NCBI RefSeq assembly: GCF_006345805.1 | Contig: NC_042999.1 | Span: 102,672,001-102,736,000, forward strand | DNA length: 64,000 nucleotides | DNA from: Octopus sinensis | Taxonomy: Eukaryota | Direction of reading: 5' to 3' | In this document: positions 26,030-38,814 of the stretch, in pieces | Layout: every line of letters begins with the position of its first letter | Numbering within the stretch: the stretch's first letter is position 1 | Made by a program: the position numbers and the translations under genes | The notes under the pieces: generated by a model | What the model was told of the DNA's origin: nothing | The model's input: only the letters and a program-made list of their open reading frames with translations | Databases searched by the model: none

Positions 26030-27620
26030 CATCATTATTATCATTTAACGTCTGTTATCCATGCTGGCATGGGTTGGATGGTTTGACTGCGCTGGCTCAC
26101 TGGAAGGCTGCACCAAACTCCAATCTTATTTGGCCTGGTTTCCTATGGCTGCATGCCCCTTCCTAACACCAACCACTCTGAGAGTGTAATGGGTGCTTTT
26201 ACGTGCCATTTGCATGACCTGGGGTGCTTTTACGTGTCACCAGCATGGGTGCCAATTTGTGCGACACTGGTATCTGCCACAACTGCGATTTTGCTTGACT
26301 TGATGGGTTTTCATTGCAAGCATGACATAATGCCAAAGGTCTTGGTCATTGCCTCTGTGAGCTCCAACAGTTGAAAGGAACTCAGCCACTTTGCCTCCAT
26401 GAGGCCCAACACTCAAAAGTAACTCAGCCACTTTGCTTCCATGAAGTATTCTTTACATGCCACCAGCATGGGTGCACTTGGCTTGATGGGTTCTCTCAAG
26501 CACAACACATTGCCAAATGTCTCAGTCACTAGTCATTGCCTCTGTGAGGTTCAAAGTTCAAAGATCATGCTTCATCACCTTGTTTCATGCCCTCCTGGGT
26601 GTACCGCTACCACAGGTTCCCTCCACATTTAGAGATCAGCATTTCTTTACATGGCTGTCCGCATCCAAACACATCACATGACCATATCAGTACAGTCGTC
26701 TCTCTTGCACACCACATCTGATGCCTCTTATGCCTAACTTTTCTCTCAAGATGCTTATACTCTGTTGAACATGCACACTGACATTGCACATCCAGTGAAG
26801 CGTACTGGCTTCATTTCTTTCAAGCCTACACATATCCTCAGCTGTCACAGCCCATGTTTCACTGCCATGCAGCATTGCTGTTCACACACAGGCATCAAAC
26901 AATCTACCTTTCACTCTGAGAGAGAGAGGCCCTTTGTTTCCAGCAGGGGTGGAAACTCTCTTAACTTTGCCCAACCTAATCTTATTCTGACAGCTATGCT
27001 CTTGGAGCATCCTCCTCCATTACTAACTTGGTCACCTAGATAACAGAAGCTCTCTACTAATTCTATCTACTCATTCTTCCCCCTTAGCAGTTGATGGAGT
27101 CTATTTTCTGCTCATTTTCAGCGTTTATTGTACCTGTGCATCTTTCACCTACAAAAGCTAGTTTCCCTATTAACCTTCCTCTGATATTGCTGCTCCTTTT
27201 ATGTGTCCAAAGCTTACACTGGGTGCATCTTATGGAGTTTCTACCTACACCTTTTCTACAGTAATCTGACACAGTACCCTGCTCCTCCCATTCTTCCAGG
27301 CATTCCACCGGAATTTTGCACCTGCCACAGATCCGGTCTGTAGCACTCAGGAATTCCCAGTTGCCCTCTATGTGACAAGTCTGTAGCCCCTCCTCCCTTT
27401 CATCAAATTACTCAATTAGGATGTCCCTAAATCTCTGAGCATATGAAGGGTCCTTTAGCTTCCAAATCCTTCTTTTCCAAATTGGTTTACTTCTTGGCAT
27501 CCTTCTGGCCTGGGGTCTAAAGTCATTATTAACTAGACTGTGCTGTGGGTACATTCTTTGCCATGGAGGGACTTTGTATTTAGGAACAACCATGCATCAT
27601 GCTGTTTGGTGAGAATGTAT
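26030..27620 (-). mobile_element. RTE-clade LINE relic: endonuclease C-term/linker fused to post-RT region, RT deleted
   Basis: Minus pieces ...DFRPQARRMPRSKPIWKRRIWKLKDP, NFLSATDRICGRCK, CRKGVGRNSIRCTQCKLWTHKR (Cys-rich), YLGDQVSNGGGC...RLFDACVRTAMLHGSETWAV...LREKLGIRGIRCGVQERRLYWYGHV; 3' UTR and (GAT)n tail at about 26030. Confidence 0.92.
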
Positions 27621-28554
27621 AAATATATATGTCTACATATGTGTCTTTGTGTCAATATTTGTCCCCCACCACTGCTTGACAACTGGTATTGTTGTGTTTA
27701 CCATCCCTGTTACTTTGTGGTTTGGCAAAAGTGACCGATAGAATAAATACGAGGCTTTACAAACAAAGAAAGAAAATAAGTTCTGGGGTCAATTCATTTA
27801 ACTAAATTTCTTCAAGGTAGTGCTCCAGTATGACCACAGTTGAATGACTAACACATGTAAAAGAAAAGAGATTGTAATTGCGTAACATGCAGATTCTTCC
27901 ACATGCAAACCGATGATAAACAGTATCAATACAGTTTGAATCTAGTTTGTATCAATGGTTATGATACTCTGGAATATGTTGAGACTGATAAAGAGATTAA
28001 AAAAAAGCCACCCAGATATAATGAACAAAGACCAAAATGAAGCACTGTGCATTCTGATAAGCATCATAATTTCTGTTAATCAAAATTCTTCTGGAAGATA
28101 ACTGAGACATTACCAAAGTATAAGGACTTTGAATTGGAAGTAATTGTACTAGTAATAACTGGCAAATTAACCCTTTTATTGCAAAAATTAAATTTCATGG
28201 TTATTCCAGTAATGATCTTAAATATATACCAAAAAATAGTTGAAAATAATTTAAAGCATCACTCAGTCGAGGTGATCTTAGTTTTGGGAGCTACATGGTG
28301 ATTTTATTTGTGTTGTTGTAAGGGAAAATGCATCCAGTACACTCTCTAAAGTGGTTGGTGTTGGTAAGGGTATCCAGTTGAAGAAACTATGCCAAAGCAG
28401 ACACTGGGGTATGACTCAATCTTTCAACTTGTCAGATCCTGTCAAACCATTCAACTCATGTCAGCATGAAAGACAGATAGATGTTAAAAGATGATAATGA
28501 CATATGCACACACACACACATATGCACACAAACACACACACACACACACACACA

Positions 28555-29707
28555 CGGCATTTAGGTTAAATTTGTCAAAATTTTATGCCACCTTTTTTCC
28601 AGGAACAACTTAATGTATTGGTGAAGCAACAAAGGTATTGGAGAGCATAAAGATTAAAGACATAGTTGAGTGAAGGTTAGCTGACATGGAGGACTGGAAG
28701 CCATCTGAATACTGGAAAAGAATTACCTGTATCATGATGATTCGTATTGGGTATCAAAATGCTGAGATTATGACTCAATGCTCTGTGAACAGTGTAAAGG
28801 CTGTAAGACATGACATGGATAGCTGCAATGAAGACTACAGAGCTGTAGGGGACACAACAGGCATTCTGATTGAGTCTTCACACTGGAATTCATCCATCAA
28901 CTACAGGACAAAGTGATGGAAGATCTGAGAAGGGAATTTAGGATTTGGTGAAAGAGATGTATGTTGGAGTCACCACCATGAAGCTGGCCATGAATGAGGG
29001 CCTTCACTACCACTTGTACAAGAGGTACAAGAAATGAATTTTGACAGCTAAGGTCAATGTGAACCACTTGGCAAAGGAAAAGCTCCTGAACAAGCTGAGA
29101 CATCTTGTTGATCCAGGGATGATCTAGTCCTTCTCAGACAGAAATAATTTCTGCCAGGAGCAGTTGCACAACATCCAGAACAACAGGTGGCTTACCTACA
29201 ATCCAGGTGATGTCCCATATGTCATGAAAACAAAGTTTCCTCAAAGTATGATGTGTCTCCAGTTAGGGTGATGCCATGTCGCCATACATCTTTGAACAGA
29301 GTCTTAGGTTCAATTCAAATGGCTATGTGAAGCTGCTAGAGACAGGATCAAACCCTGGGTAGAAAAGGTTGCTGCTGAAAGGCAATATGTGTGATACTAG
29401 GATTTTAACTTCTTGCTATACCTCCAGAAAGAGTCAGAAGTGGTTGTCAGAGAATTTCTATGACTTTACCAGCCCCAATTTTTGGCCTCCCAATTCCTCT
29501 AATTCTGATCCTATGGATTGGATTACTATGTGGGGCATGGTTTAGAAAGACACAAACTGCTTTGCTTGCAACACCAACACTGAACTGATGGCCAAGATCA
29601 AGGAGATGTTTGAAGATGTTCCCAGGGACACAGTGAAGAATGCATGCTCCAGGCTCTGGAGCCGACTTGAAGCTGTAGTAGAAGCTGAGGGTTTCTACTT
29701 CGAGTAA
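28555..29707 (+). mobile_element. maT-like (Tc1/mariner superfamily) transposase relic
   Basis: MEDWKPSEYWKR... N-terminus; later QNNRWLTYNPGDVPYVMKTKFPQS, KSQKWLSENFYDFTSPNFWPPNS, YYVWGMV...ELMAKIKEMF...NACSRLWSRLEAVVEAEGFYFE*. Frameshifts and stops present. The maT assignment rests on motif resemblance only. Confidence 0.85.
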
Positions 29708-29954
29708 ACTGTTAGGTTCTTGTGTATATATATATGACAGACTTCCTGCAGCATCTGTCTATCAAATTCACTCAACAGACATCAGTCAGCCAAAGGCTAT
29801 AACAGACGACTCTGACTTATCCAAAGTGGTGTACAGTGGGACCAAACCTGAAACTACATGACCATACCTGTACCTGTTTGTAAATATTAAAAATTATTTA
29901 ATCTCTAATGAGGAAGTTTAGAGTCAAGAAAATCTTATCAAATTATATATATAT

Positions 29955-30265
29955 TTTATTTATGCGCTCTTTTCAATCCTAGCCAGGCTCATAGGCCCGG
30001 TTTCCCGGTTTCTGTGGTGTAAGTGTTCCCCCCAGCTGGACGGGACACCAGTCCATCACAGCGTTACTCAAGAAACAGGAAGAGAGAGTGAGAGAAAGTT
30101 GTGGCAAAAGAGTACAACAGGGGTCGCCACCACCCTCTGCTGGAGCCTCGTGGAGATTTTTAGGTGTTTTCACTCAATAAACACACACAACACCTGGTCT
30201 GGTAATCAAAACTGCAATCCTCCGACTGTGAGTCTGCTGCCCTAACCACTGGGCCATTGCGCCTC
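29955..30265 (-). mobile_element. tRNA-derived SINE, family C
   Basis: Aligns end to end with 3097-3410. Confidence 0.88.
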
Positions 30266-31451
30266 CCCCCATGCACACATATATATACACATATATATAA
30301 GGGAGAAAGAAAGAAGGAGGAATGTAAGAGAAAGAGAAAAAAGGGGGCGGAAGTGTGGGGAGAGAAGATAAAAGGAAAAGAAACTACTTCAAAAATATGA
30401 GAAAAGGGTTTTCAAAAGTGTCCTAATATTGTTTGTTTTTTATTCATAAAGATAAGGTTAATAACCTGCAATATAATTTAATTATTCTCGTTGCTATGAA
30501 ACTTTGAGATGAGACAGAGATTTGTATTTGAAACAGCAGGGAAACACTTTATACAAAACGAGAAGCTAGTGGTAGTAATTAATATCTGACAGTTTGTATC
30601 AAAAACCGTATTAAATTCACCAGTCTCAAACCAAATGATGATGATGATGATGATGATGCTGATGACGATGATGACACACTTACACAGACACGTTAACACA
30701 TTTAACATTCCACCAGTACTCAAAATATGACATCTCTCATTTACCCATATAATGAATATTACACAATTAATACACATCAACAGATGCCTATACTGTCCAC
30801 CACACCACCACGACCACAATCACCACTACCACCATGACCACCAGCATTGTCACCAGTGCTAAACATATGAGTTTGAAACTAAAGGGAAAAACAATATAAG
30901 TACATATTTTAAATCAACAGACAAAAAAGTTATTAAAAGCTGTTAGTCATGTGTACAAGGAATTCATAAACTATACAAAAATGATAAAAGGCTTAATTTG
31001 TGTTTACATGATGCTATTGATGACAATGATAGTGGTGGTGGTAGTGGTGGCACTGATGATGAGGACACTGACGACAATGATGATGCTGATGATGACAGTA
31101 TGATGATTGCAGTAATGCTAATAGTGGAAATGGTAATGCAGACTAACTGAGCTGTGTTGTTGATGATGATGAGTTGGATGATAAGAGAGAGAGTGTTGTA
31201 TATATGTTGATAGCAATGTCGTTGTTGATTAGTCTCAAGTCAGCCATGATTGAAGAGCCTTGTGAGTAAAGGCACTCCAGTCATAACTATTGGATACTGT
31301 AGCAATTCTACTGCATGCAAGAATATTTTCTGTCAAAGGGATTATGTCTTCTGAACTAGTTATTTTATCTTTCTCACTCTCCAACATTAGAAAGAAAGAT
31401 ATAGGGATAAAGAAGGAAGGATAGGGAAAGAGAGAGAAATGGTGTAGGTTG

Positions 31452-31680
31452 TCATCATGATCATCATCATTTAACGTCCGCTTTCCATGCTAGCATGGGT
31501 TGGACAATTTGACTGAGGTCTGGCGAACCAGATGGCTGCACCAGACTCCAATCTGATCTGGCAGAGTTTCTACAGCTGGATGTCCTTCCTAACGCCAACT
31601 ACTCCGAGAGTGTAGTGGGTGCTTTTATGTGCCACCAGCACAAGGGCCAGTCAGGCGGTACTGGCAACGGCCATGCTCAA
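31452..31680 (-). mobile_element. RTE-type LINE 3' end fragment
   Basis: CATCATCATTTAACGTCCGCTTTCCATGCTAGCATGGGTTGG...TTTCTACAGCTGGATGTCCTTCCTAACGCCAAC. Confidence 0.85.
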
Positions 31681-31689
31681 ATCGAAGGA

Positions 31690-32992
31690 GATAACTGTAG
31701 CAGCACTTTGAACACACCCTGCTAAACACTGCTTTTCACAGTTGATTAGTTTGCAGACGGGATGTAAAGCTTAAAGTTTTGAGTTAAACTGGGCAAAAAC
31801 AATACAGAGATATATTGAATGCTCCAGATTACTTATGAGTTAACTTCTATGAGCCGAGCATCGAGGAGGTGAAAGATGATATGGGAGGGATGTATGTCTA
31901 TGAAGACAATAAGATTACAGTTTGGAGTTGGCGAGGTAACTGTACACAGAATTAATCATGAAGCTCTGAACATGAGCAAAATTAGTGCAAAGTTTATTTC
32001 CAGGGTGCTCAGTGATGAACAGGAGGAAAGACTCGTTGACTGTAGGGAGATGGTTGAGCTCATTACTTCCAATCCAAGAGAGCTTGAGACTCTGGTGACC
32101 TGTGATGAAAGTAGGATCTACTGTTATGATCCAAAGTCCATGAGGCAATGGAAGCATCCTGGCTCTCTGTTGTAAAGCAGTCTTTTACCACTTTTGTATC
32201 TGTCTTTTGACAACAGTTGTTGCTCTAACAGATATTGTTATATTCTGAAGTTGTGAATAGAGTGGTTCTATCTGGCACCATACAACCCCCCAGTCATACA
32301 GTGTTATTATCCTCAAAAGGCTGGAACATTATAATGTCCACTCAGTATCACAGTAAAATTACTATATCAGCACTGACACAACTATCAACACAGTCTACAT
32401 GTACTTCTGACTTTCTCAACCATCTCCTGTCGATCAGCTACTGGTCTATTTATAATGGCTGGTTACAGCCACTTTTTACTTAGATGGGTGTACAGTTTCA
32501 CCATACAACACTCTCTGATACCCAAGAAGGTCAGGCAAAGCAAGTCCACTAGAAAGCTTATGATGATTCCCTTTTTCAACCACTATGCCCACTTGGTTCC
32601 CTCTAGCCAGATGGTCAACAAAGACTACTTTATGCAGGTTTTGAGGTAGTTCGGGAAGAGATTTTGTCATAAAAGACCAGGGTGCCTGTACCAGAACAAT
32701 GCACCAATCCACAATTCCATTCTGGTAATAAACTACTTGAGAGAGATGAGCATCAAAACTATTCCTCATCCTCCATAGAGTCCTCCCTACATTGAGAAGA
32801 TGAAGGAAACTGTGTCAAGGGTCCTGGATACCTTCACTTTGTGAGATTTACATGGGGCCTCTCATGAAGTGGCTGGCATGCTAAAACAAGTGCATTGAAG
32901 TCAGAGGATCCTACTTTGTAGGAGGTTAGAGTTTTATACTTTGCAATGAATAAATGTCTCTCCTAAAAAGTCTCAAAACTTCTGGAATACAC
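31690..32992 (+). mobile_element. mariner relic interrupted by a solo LTR
   Basis: ...LNMSKISAKFISRVLSDEQ...LVTCDESRIYCYDPKSMRQWKHPGS|LIPKKVRQSKSTRKLMMIPFF...YQNNAPIH...IPHPP; 3' TIR-like AAAGTCTCAAAACTTCTGGAATACAC. Confidence 0.9.
32168..32510 (-). mobile_element. solo LTR (343 bp), TG...CA ends, 5-bp TSD
   Basis: Ends TGTTGTA...TACAACA (7-bp inverted repeat); TSD CTCTC at 32163-67 and 32511-15; removal restores the mariner frame; TATAAATA on the minus strand at 32447-32454. Confidence 0.85.
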
Positions 32993-34258
32993 TGTGGTGT
33001 TTACTATAGTTCAAAGGAATATGACTAATTCAAATCCAATAAGTCTGTCTTTGTTAATCTTACTCAGTGTATATTTACTGACATACCAGTCAAATATTTT
33101 AGACCAAAACAGTAGGTTGGCTTGTAATACACCAAGATGACTTTGGAGGACCAAAAATTTCAAACAATGGGGATTTGGAAAGATGTTAAAATGTTTACAC
33201 TAAATACTGTCAACCTTTATACCAGAAAATGCAGTGTGCATTGACAGGAATAGTCATGTACTAAAGTTTGATAGTTTATCTCTGAATTCTTCGGGTATTT
33301 TTACCCCTTTGACTAATTATGCTTTCAGTGGATGACTTTAAAATATAATGCATGCATGTATGTTGTTATGCTTTTATGGTTGCATGAATAGATATTTAAC
33401 ATGCAGCTATGTTTGTACATAGATATATTCAGTTTACAGTTGTATAGTAAGGTGGAAGGAGTGTTTTGTTCCTCTTTACTTTCTTTATTTTATTTACAAT
33501 TTTTTTTATATTTCTGTGACTCCTCCTCCTCCTTCCTTCCTTCCTTTACTTCTTTTCCTTCTCAAGCTTTGTTCAAATTGATATCTCATTGCCATTTCCT
33601 TTTCTCTCATATTCCAGATCATGGTTCACGAAACAAATGTGGTAATTGAGGAGCCAGAAGTAGCAGGAGAAAATTCAGTTCTTATTAGAAACTCTTCTGT
33701 TTTTTAATGGGTTTTCCATTCCTTGACAATGTGCCTTTTATTAGCAAAATAATTTTAAAGATAACTTTTATCAAGGCCAATTAAGGTAAAAATAACAAAT
33801 TACATTTTCCTATTTAAAAAAATATAGATACAAGAGCAATTGGATGGCTTCTCTTGACCAACCAACTAGTTGCTGTATTTTAACAAATAGTGAAGAGCTC
33901 TTTAATCAACAGGCCTGCAAAGATTCTGATATAGATCCTAGTCAACATATCCGAGTTTCCTTCAGTGCTGTTGTATTCTAAGCAGCCATTTTGACCAAAA
34001 TGAAATTGAAAAATTATTTCAACTCTGTAATTATTTGTTTCACTTTGAAAAGGAGCTTTTATGTTCAAAATATTGTAATATAAAATAAATGTTATTTGTT
34101 TTAAAGTAAACAAAGTCTGCATTGTGATGATTTTTTTCTTTTATTCAAGTATTCAGATATGTATATAAAATAGCTGATGAAAATGCCTCAAAGCTCTTAG
34201 CTCCGGCATTTGAAACTCTGAGCTCTACTATGACAACTTACTGAGTGTCCTATACTAT

Positions 34259-34482
34259 ATACTCCTTTACTTGTTTCAGTCATTTGACTGTGGCCATGCT
34301 ATAGCACCCCCTTTAATCAAGTAAATCGACCCCAGGATTCATTTTTTATAAGCCTAGTACTTATTCTATCAGTCTCTTTTGCTGAACTGCTAAGTTATGG
34401 GGATGTAAACACACCAACATCAGTTGTCAAGTGATGCTGGGGGACAAACACAGACACACAAACGTACACACACACACACACA

Positions 34483-34536
<54 letters not shown>

Positions 34537-34710
34537 TATATACATGTATACGATGGGCTTCTTTCAGTTTGCGTCTACCAAATCCACTCGCAAGGCTTTG
34601 GTCTGTCCGAGGCTATAGTTGAAGACACTTGCTCTAGGTGCCACGCAGTGGGACTGAACCCGGAACCATGTGGCTCGTAAGCAAGCTACTTACCACACAG
34701 CCACTCCTAC
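34259..34710 (-). mobile_element. tRNA-derived SINE, family A
   Basis: Aligns with 2233-2636; internal (AC)/(AT)n. Confidence 0.9.
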
Positions 34711-36164
34711 AGCTGATATTGGTGAGATTTGTACTAAGTGTGCAGAGACTCAGATAAAATTCTGTTTACTGCTCCCATGACTGAGCCAATTTACCCCAAT
34801 AACCAGCTGAATATTCTGGTCAATTTAATCAGCAATTCCCCACCACATAATTTATGTGTGTGTGTGTGTATCGATTAGAAACACTTATTACATTAAAAGA
34901 ATATTTTATTGTTTGAAAAGAAAAAGGAAAGAAAAGAAAACAAAGCAATGCAAATAAAGAGAAATCCACTGAAATGATTATCGATATAAAGCTGAGAACA
35001 TCTTTGAATAATAAATGCATTAAGAGCGATATAGGTTAGTAATATACATTTAAATTTTATTTAGGTATGAAACTATAAATTATGCCATATTAACTATATT
35101 GGGAAATTTTTGAAAAAGTTTAAAAAATTTCTAAATCCTCTGTATAATATCTTCTTCACACTTCAGTTGTGTGTGTGTTTGTGTGTGTGTGTGTGAGTAT
35201 ATAAAAGTGCATGCATATGTATGAATATGTGGTCTATAACTTTGATTGCTGCATAATAATGGTTTACAGCTCTGGAGTGCTTTTAATTGGTAAATAAATT
35301 TCACAATATATCTTTGTGGCTTGCAATAAAGCAAAGAAAAAGAAAAAGACAATGGGAAAAAATATATATTTTGAAATAATTCAGTTTATGTCATTACTTT
35401 TTTATTGCTTTCTGCCATATGGCTGTGGCTATGCTGGAGGTACTGCTATTATTTAATTTCTGAAAGAAAAAATGGGTTTATTATATATTTATCATGTGTT
35501 TTGCATTAAATAAACTAGCAAATCTACCCATCTACGATGGAGGCATAGAATGAGGGAGGGAAGTCATAACAGCAGTATGTATTGAAAAATGTGTAAATGA
35601 ACTTGGTAGATTACTGGGTGATGTCTTAGAGAAATCACATTATTGTTAGTGATACAGCATTCTATTGCAGCTATATGACATGTGTTTGTGACTAAGTGAC
35701 ATGTGACGATGGTTCGCTCCCGAATTGAAATAGGATCCCAGCCCCTGTATCATGAATGGTTATGTGGACCACTCCTAATGAAGGCCAGAGCTTCTTTCAA
35801 CCACTACATAAAAAAGTATTAAGAAAAATGTTATTTAGATATACTTTTATTTTAGTTGTCTATACTATTTTATGCTTGTTTACACTCTTATACATTTAAA
35901 GTTCACAAATTTCCTTATTTAAATTATAAATCATATTCCTTTCGGTAATATCAATACGATTACAAAATGTCTTTGTAGATGACATTTTCTGTTTGGTTGA
36001 CACTAATTTTCAAATTATGGGAGCCCATAGCTCTCCTCGTAGTGACGTATAACTGGCCGCGTGTAAACACTGGAGTGGATAATAATACACCTACATGATC
36101 TAAAGTCTGGCCCTGTGCCTTGTTTGCTGTGAATGTGCAAGCGGAATCTTTAGGGTTGCTGGAA

Positions 36165-36427
36165 AAAAGTATGTAGTGGTATTTCGACTGTCACTATGTT
36201 CTGAGTTCAAATTCCACTGGGGTTGACTTTGCCTTTCATCCTTTCAGAGTCAATGAATTAAATACCAGTGAAACACTGGGGTAGATGTAATCGACTAGTG
36301 TCCTCCCCCCATATTTCAGGTCTAGTGCCTTTAGTAGAAAGGATTATTATTATTATTATTATTGTTATTATTAGTTCATCTTGTCTGTTTGCCTTTGTAA
36401 AGAGTTACATCAATCCTTTTAAAATAT

Positions 36428-36462
<35 letters not shown>

Positions 36463-37115
36463 AGGTGGCAAGCTGTCAGAGTCGTTAGCATGCCAGACAA
36501 AATGCATGGTAGCACTTCATCCTTCTTTGCATTCTGAGTTCAAATTCCACCAAGTGTGACTTTGCCTTTCATCAATTTTGGGTTGATGTAAAAAGTACCT
36601 GTTGCATACAGATGTTGATATAATCAACTATTTCTCAACCACAAAATCCCACATCTTGTGTGTATAGCGAAAAAAGACTATTGTTACTACTGCTATTAGG
36701 GCAGTGGATTGGCAGAATCATTAGAGCATAAGAAGAAAATATTCTGGTTCTCTACATTCTGAGTTCAAATCCCACTAAGGTCGTCTTTGCCTTTCATCCT
36801 TTCAGGTTTGATAAAAAAAAAAATGTACTAGTCAATTACTAGATTTCATGGTATCAATTAAACACCTCCCCTCAAAATTACTAACACTGTCCCTAAATTC
36901 TTTCTTATTTTGGTAGAAGGCTAGAAGTTTTGAGGGGAGGGAGCAAGTAAATTACATGGACCCCAGTATTTGACTCATACTTTATTTTACCGAGCCTAAA
37001 AAGATTAAAGGTAGAGGTGACCTTGGTGAGATATGAACTCAGATTGTAAAGAGGCGGAAGAAATGCCATTAAGCATTTTGTTTGATGCACTAATGATTCT
37101 GCCAGCTTACTGCCT
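36165..37115. mobile_element. cluster of four decayed family B SINEs (three +, one -)
   Basis: Repeated GTTCTGAGTTCAAATTCC...GACTTTGCCTTTCATCCTTT core at about 36198, 36534, 36758 and inverted at about 37000-37040; separated by (TTA)n/(TAC)n. Confidence 0.85.
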
Positions 37116-38814
37116 TCTTTGTACTTAAATTAGAAATCATTATTATTGTTTCTGTTGTTGTTGTTAGTAAAAGAAGATGGTGATTATGAGGAACTGTATA
37201 TTTGGAAAAGTTGGTGACCAGAATTTTTAGAATCAAGTGATTAAATTTGAAAGAGTACAACCCCCACCACACACACAAAACACTCCAGCTAAATCAGGAG
37301 GCTTAATAGAACACAAGATGGCAAGTTTGTCTCATTTGATGAGAAGGTGAAAGTAGGTTAATTAATGTTTGGTCCATTTTAATAAGTGCATCTAGCTGAA
37401 AGAGAAGAGATGATGCATATTACTGTTGCAGCACTGCTTTGCAAACCAGTAATGTTTCTGCTGTTAATATTTGGTTCAAAATTCAGTAATTTGATATCTA
37501 TATGAAATATAAAGAAAATATAGAAGGCATACATAAACACACATTTGCATATACACAAACACATATAATTGTTTTCGATATATACTGGAGAATTTATGCA
37601 TTTTGTTGAAGTTGAAGCTTTCCTCCGTTACTAGAATTTTATATTTTCACGGTTTATCATGACTGGACATATTGTCTGGACGAGCAATGAGAATTAGTGA
37701 CAAACTTTGGAATTTAACTGAGGGGAATAATGAATAGCAAAATTAGTAGAATGCCACACAAAATGCTATGCAGTTAAGCTTTTTCACATTCTGGGTTAAA
37801 ATCACACCGACAAACAAAATTGTTTTTCATCCTTTCAAGGCCAATATATGTACAATCAAAAAACTCATTTGGTTTCAAGGTTCGCAATTGGGAAATTGTG
37901 AATTGTGAATTATCACCGCTAAGCCCTGTTCTACACTTGCCTGAGTTCACAATATCTGTCAAAGGCCCTAGTTATATGCCCTGTGGCTAAGGTATATATA
38001 ACACAGAAGAACTGATCTCTTGACATGTGTATAGTTATGCTTTGAAGTCAAATGAACAAGTCCCCCTGCCTAAGAGTAAAACACACTCTGTGCGTCAATT
38101 ATAAGATCTTGTGATCTTACTTTTCAGGTAAGCAGGAAACTCAGAAGAGCAGAATAAACTATAAATAAGCCAGAAGACAATAGGAAACCTGGTGTACTTT
38201 TCTTGTGAAAAACCATGACTCTTCAGATTTTGGCATGGAGGTCGTCTATGATAGCTGGTTCCTGTAGGAATGGCAATCGAAGAGAAAGAGAGAGGGAGAG
38301 AGAGAGAGATAATTTCTTTATTCACTATAAGGTTGAGAAAAAGAGTGGGGTGAGGGGACAGTTCTCAAATTTGTCATGTTCATGTAATTTATGAAATGCC
38401 ATAAATATCTGGTAACGTTGGACACATACTAGTTACCTGCATAGCCAGTCAGGTTGTTTAGTCCCAGGTCAAATTTTATTGAAATTTTATAAAGAGAATC
38501 ATTCAGACTATGACCATCTTATCTTAAGGGGATATCTAAGAATATATTATCTAGTGAGTCTTTCTTATTTTAAGATAGTGTGATATTATTTGAAGTAGAT
38601 TTGACTGCTATTTCTTGTAGTTCGATCATCTGTGTAGAGATTCCAGTCCAGTCATGCAGGATGGGGTAGTAATATTCTCGTTAACTTCTACAAGGGTGGG
38701 GGAGATATTCCAGAAAGAAATACAGAGGTATGAAAGTAGTAGAAAGAATTATAGTAGTACAGGTAAATAGAAAAAAATAATTAGAATAATTAAGAGATTT
38801 ATCGATTTGTAAAC

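Noticed and set aside
37774-38325. Minus ORFs 37774..37962 and 38095..38325 with a strong acceptor near 38265
   Set aside because: No consistent protein-like exon chain; conflicting strong splice sites on both strands.
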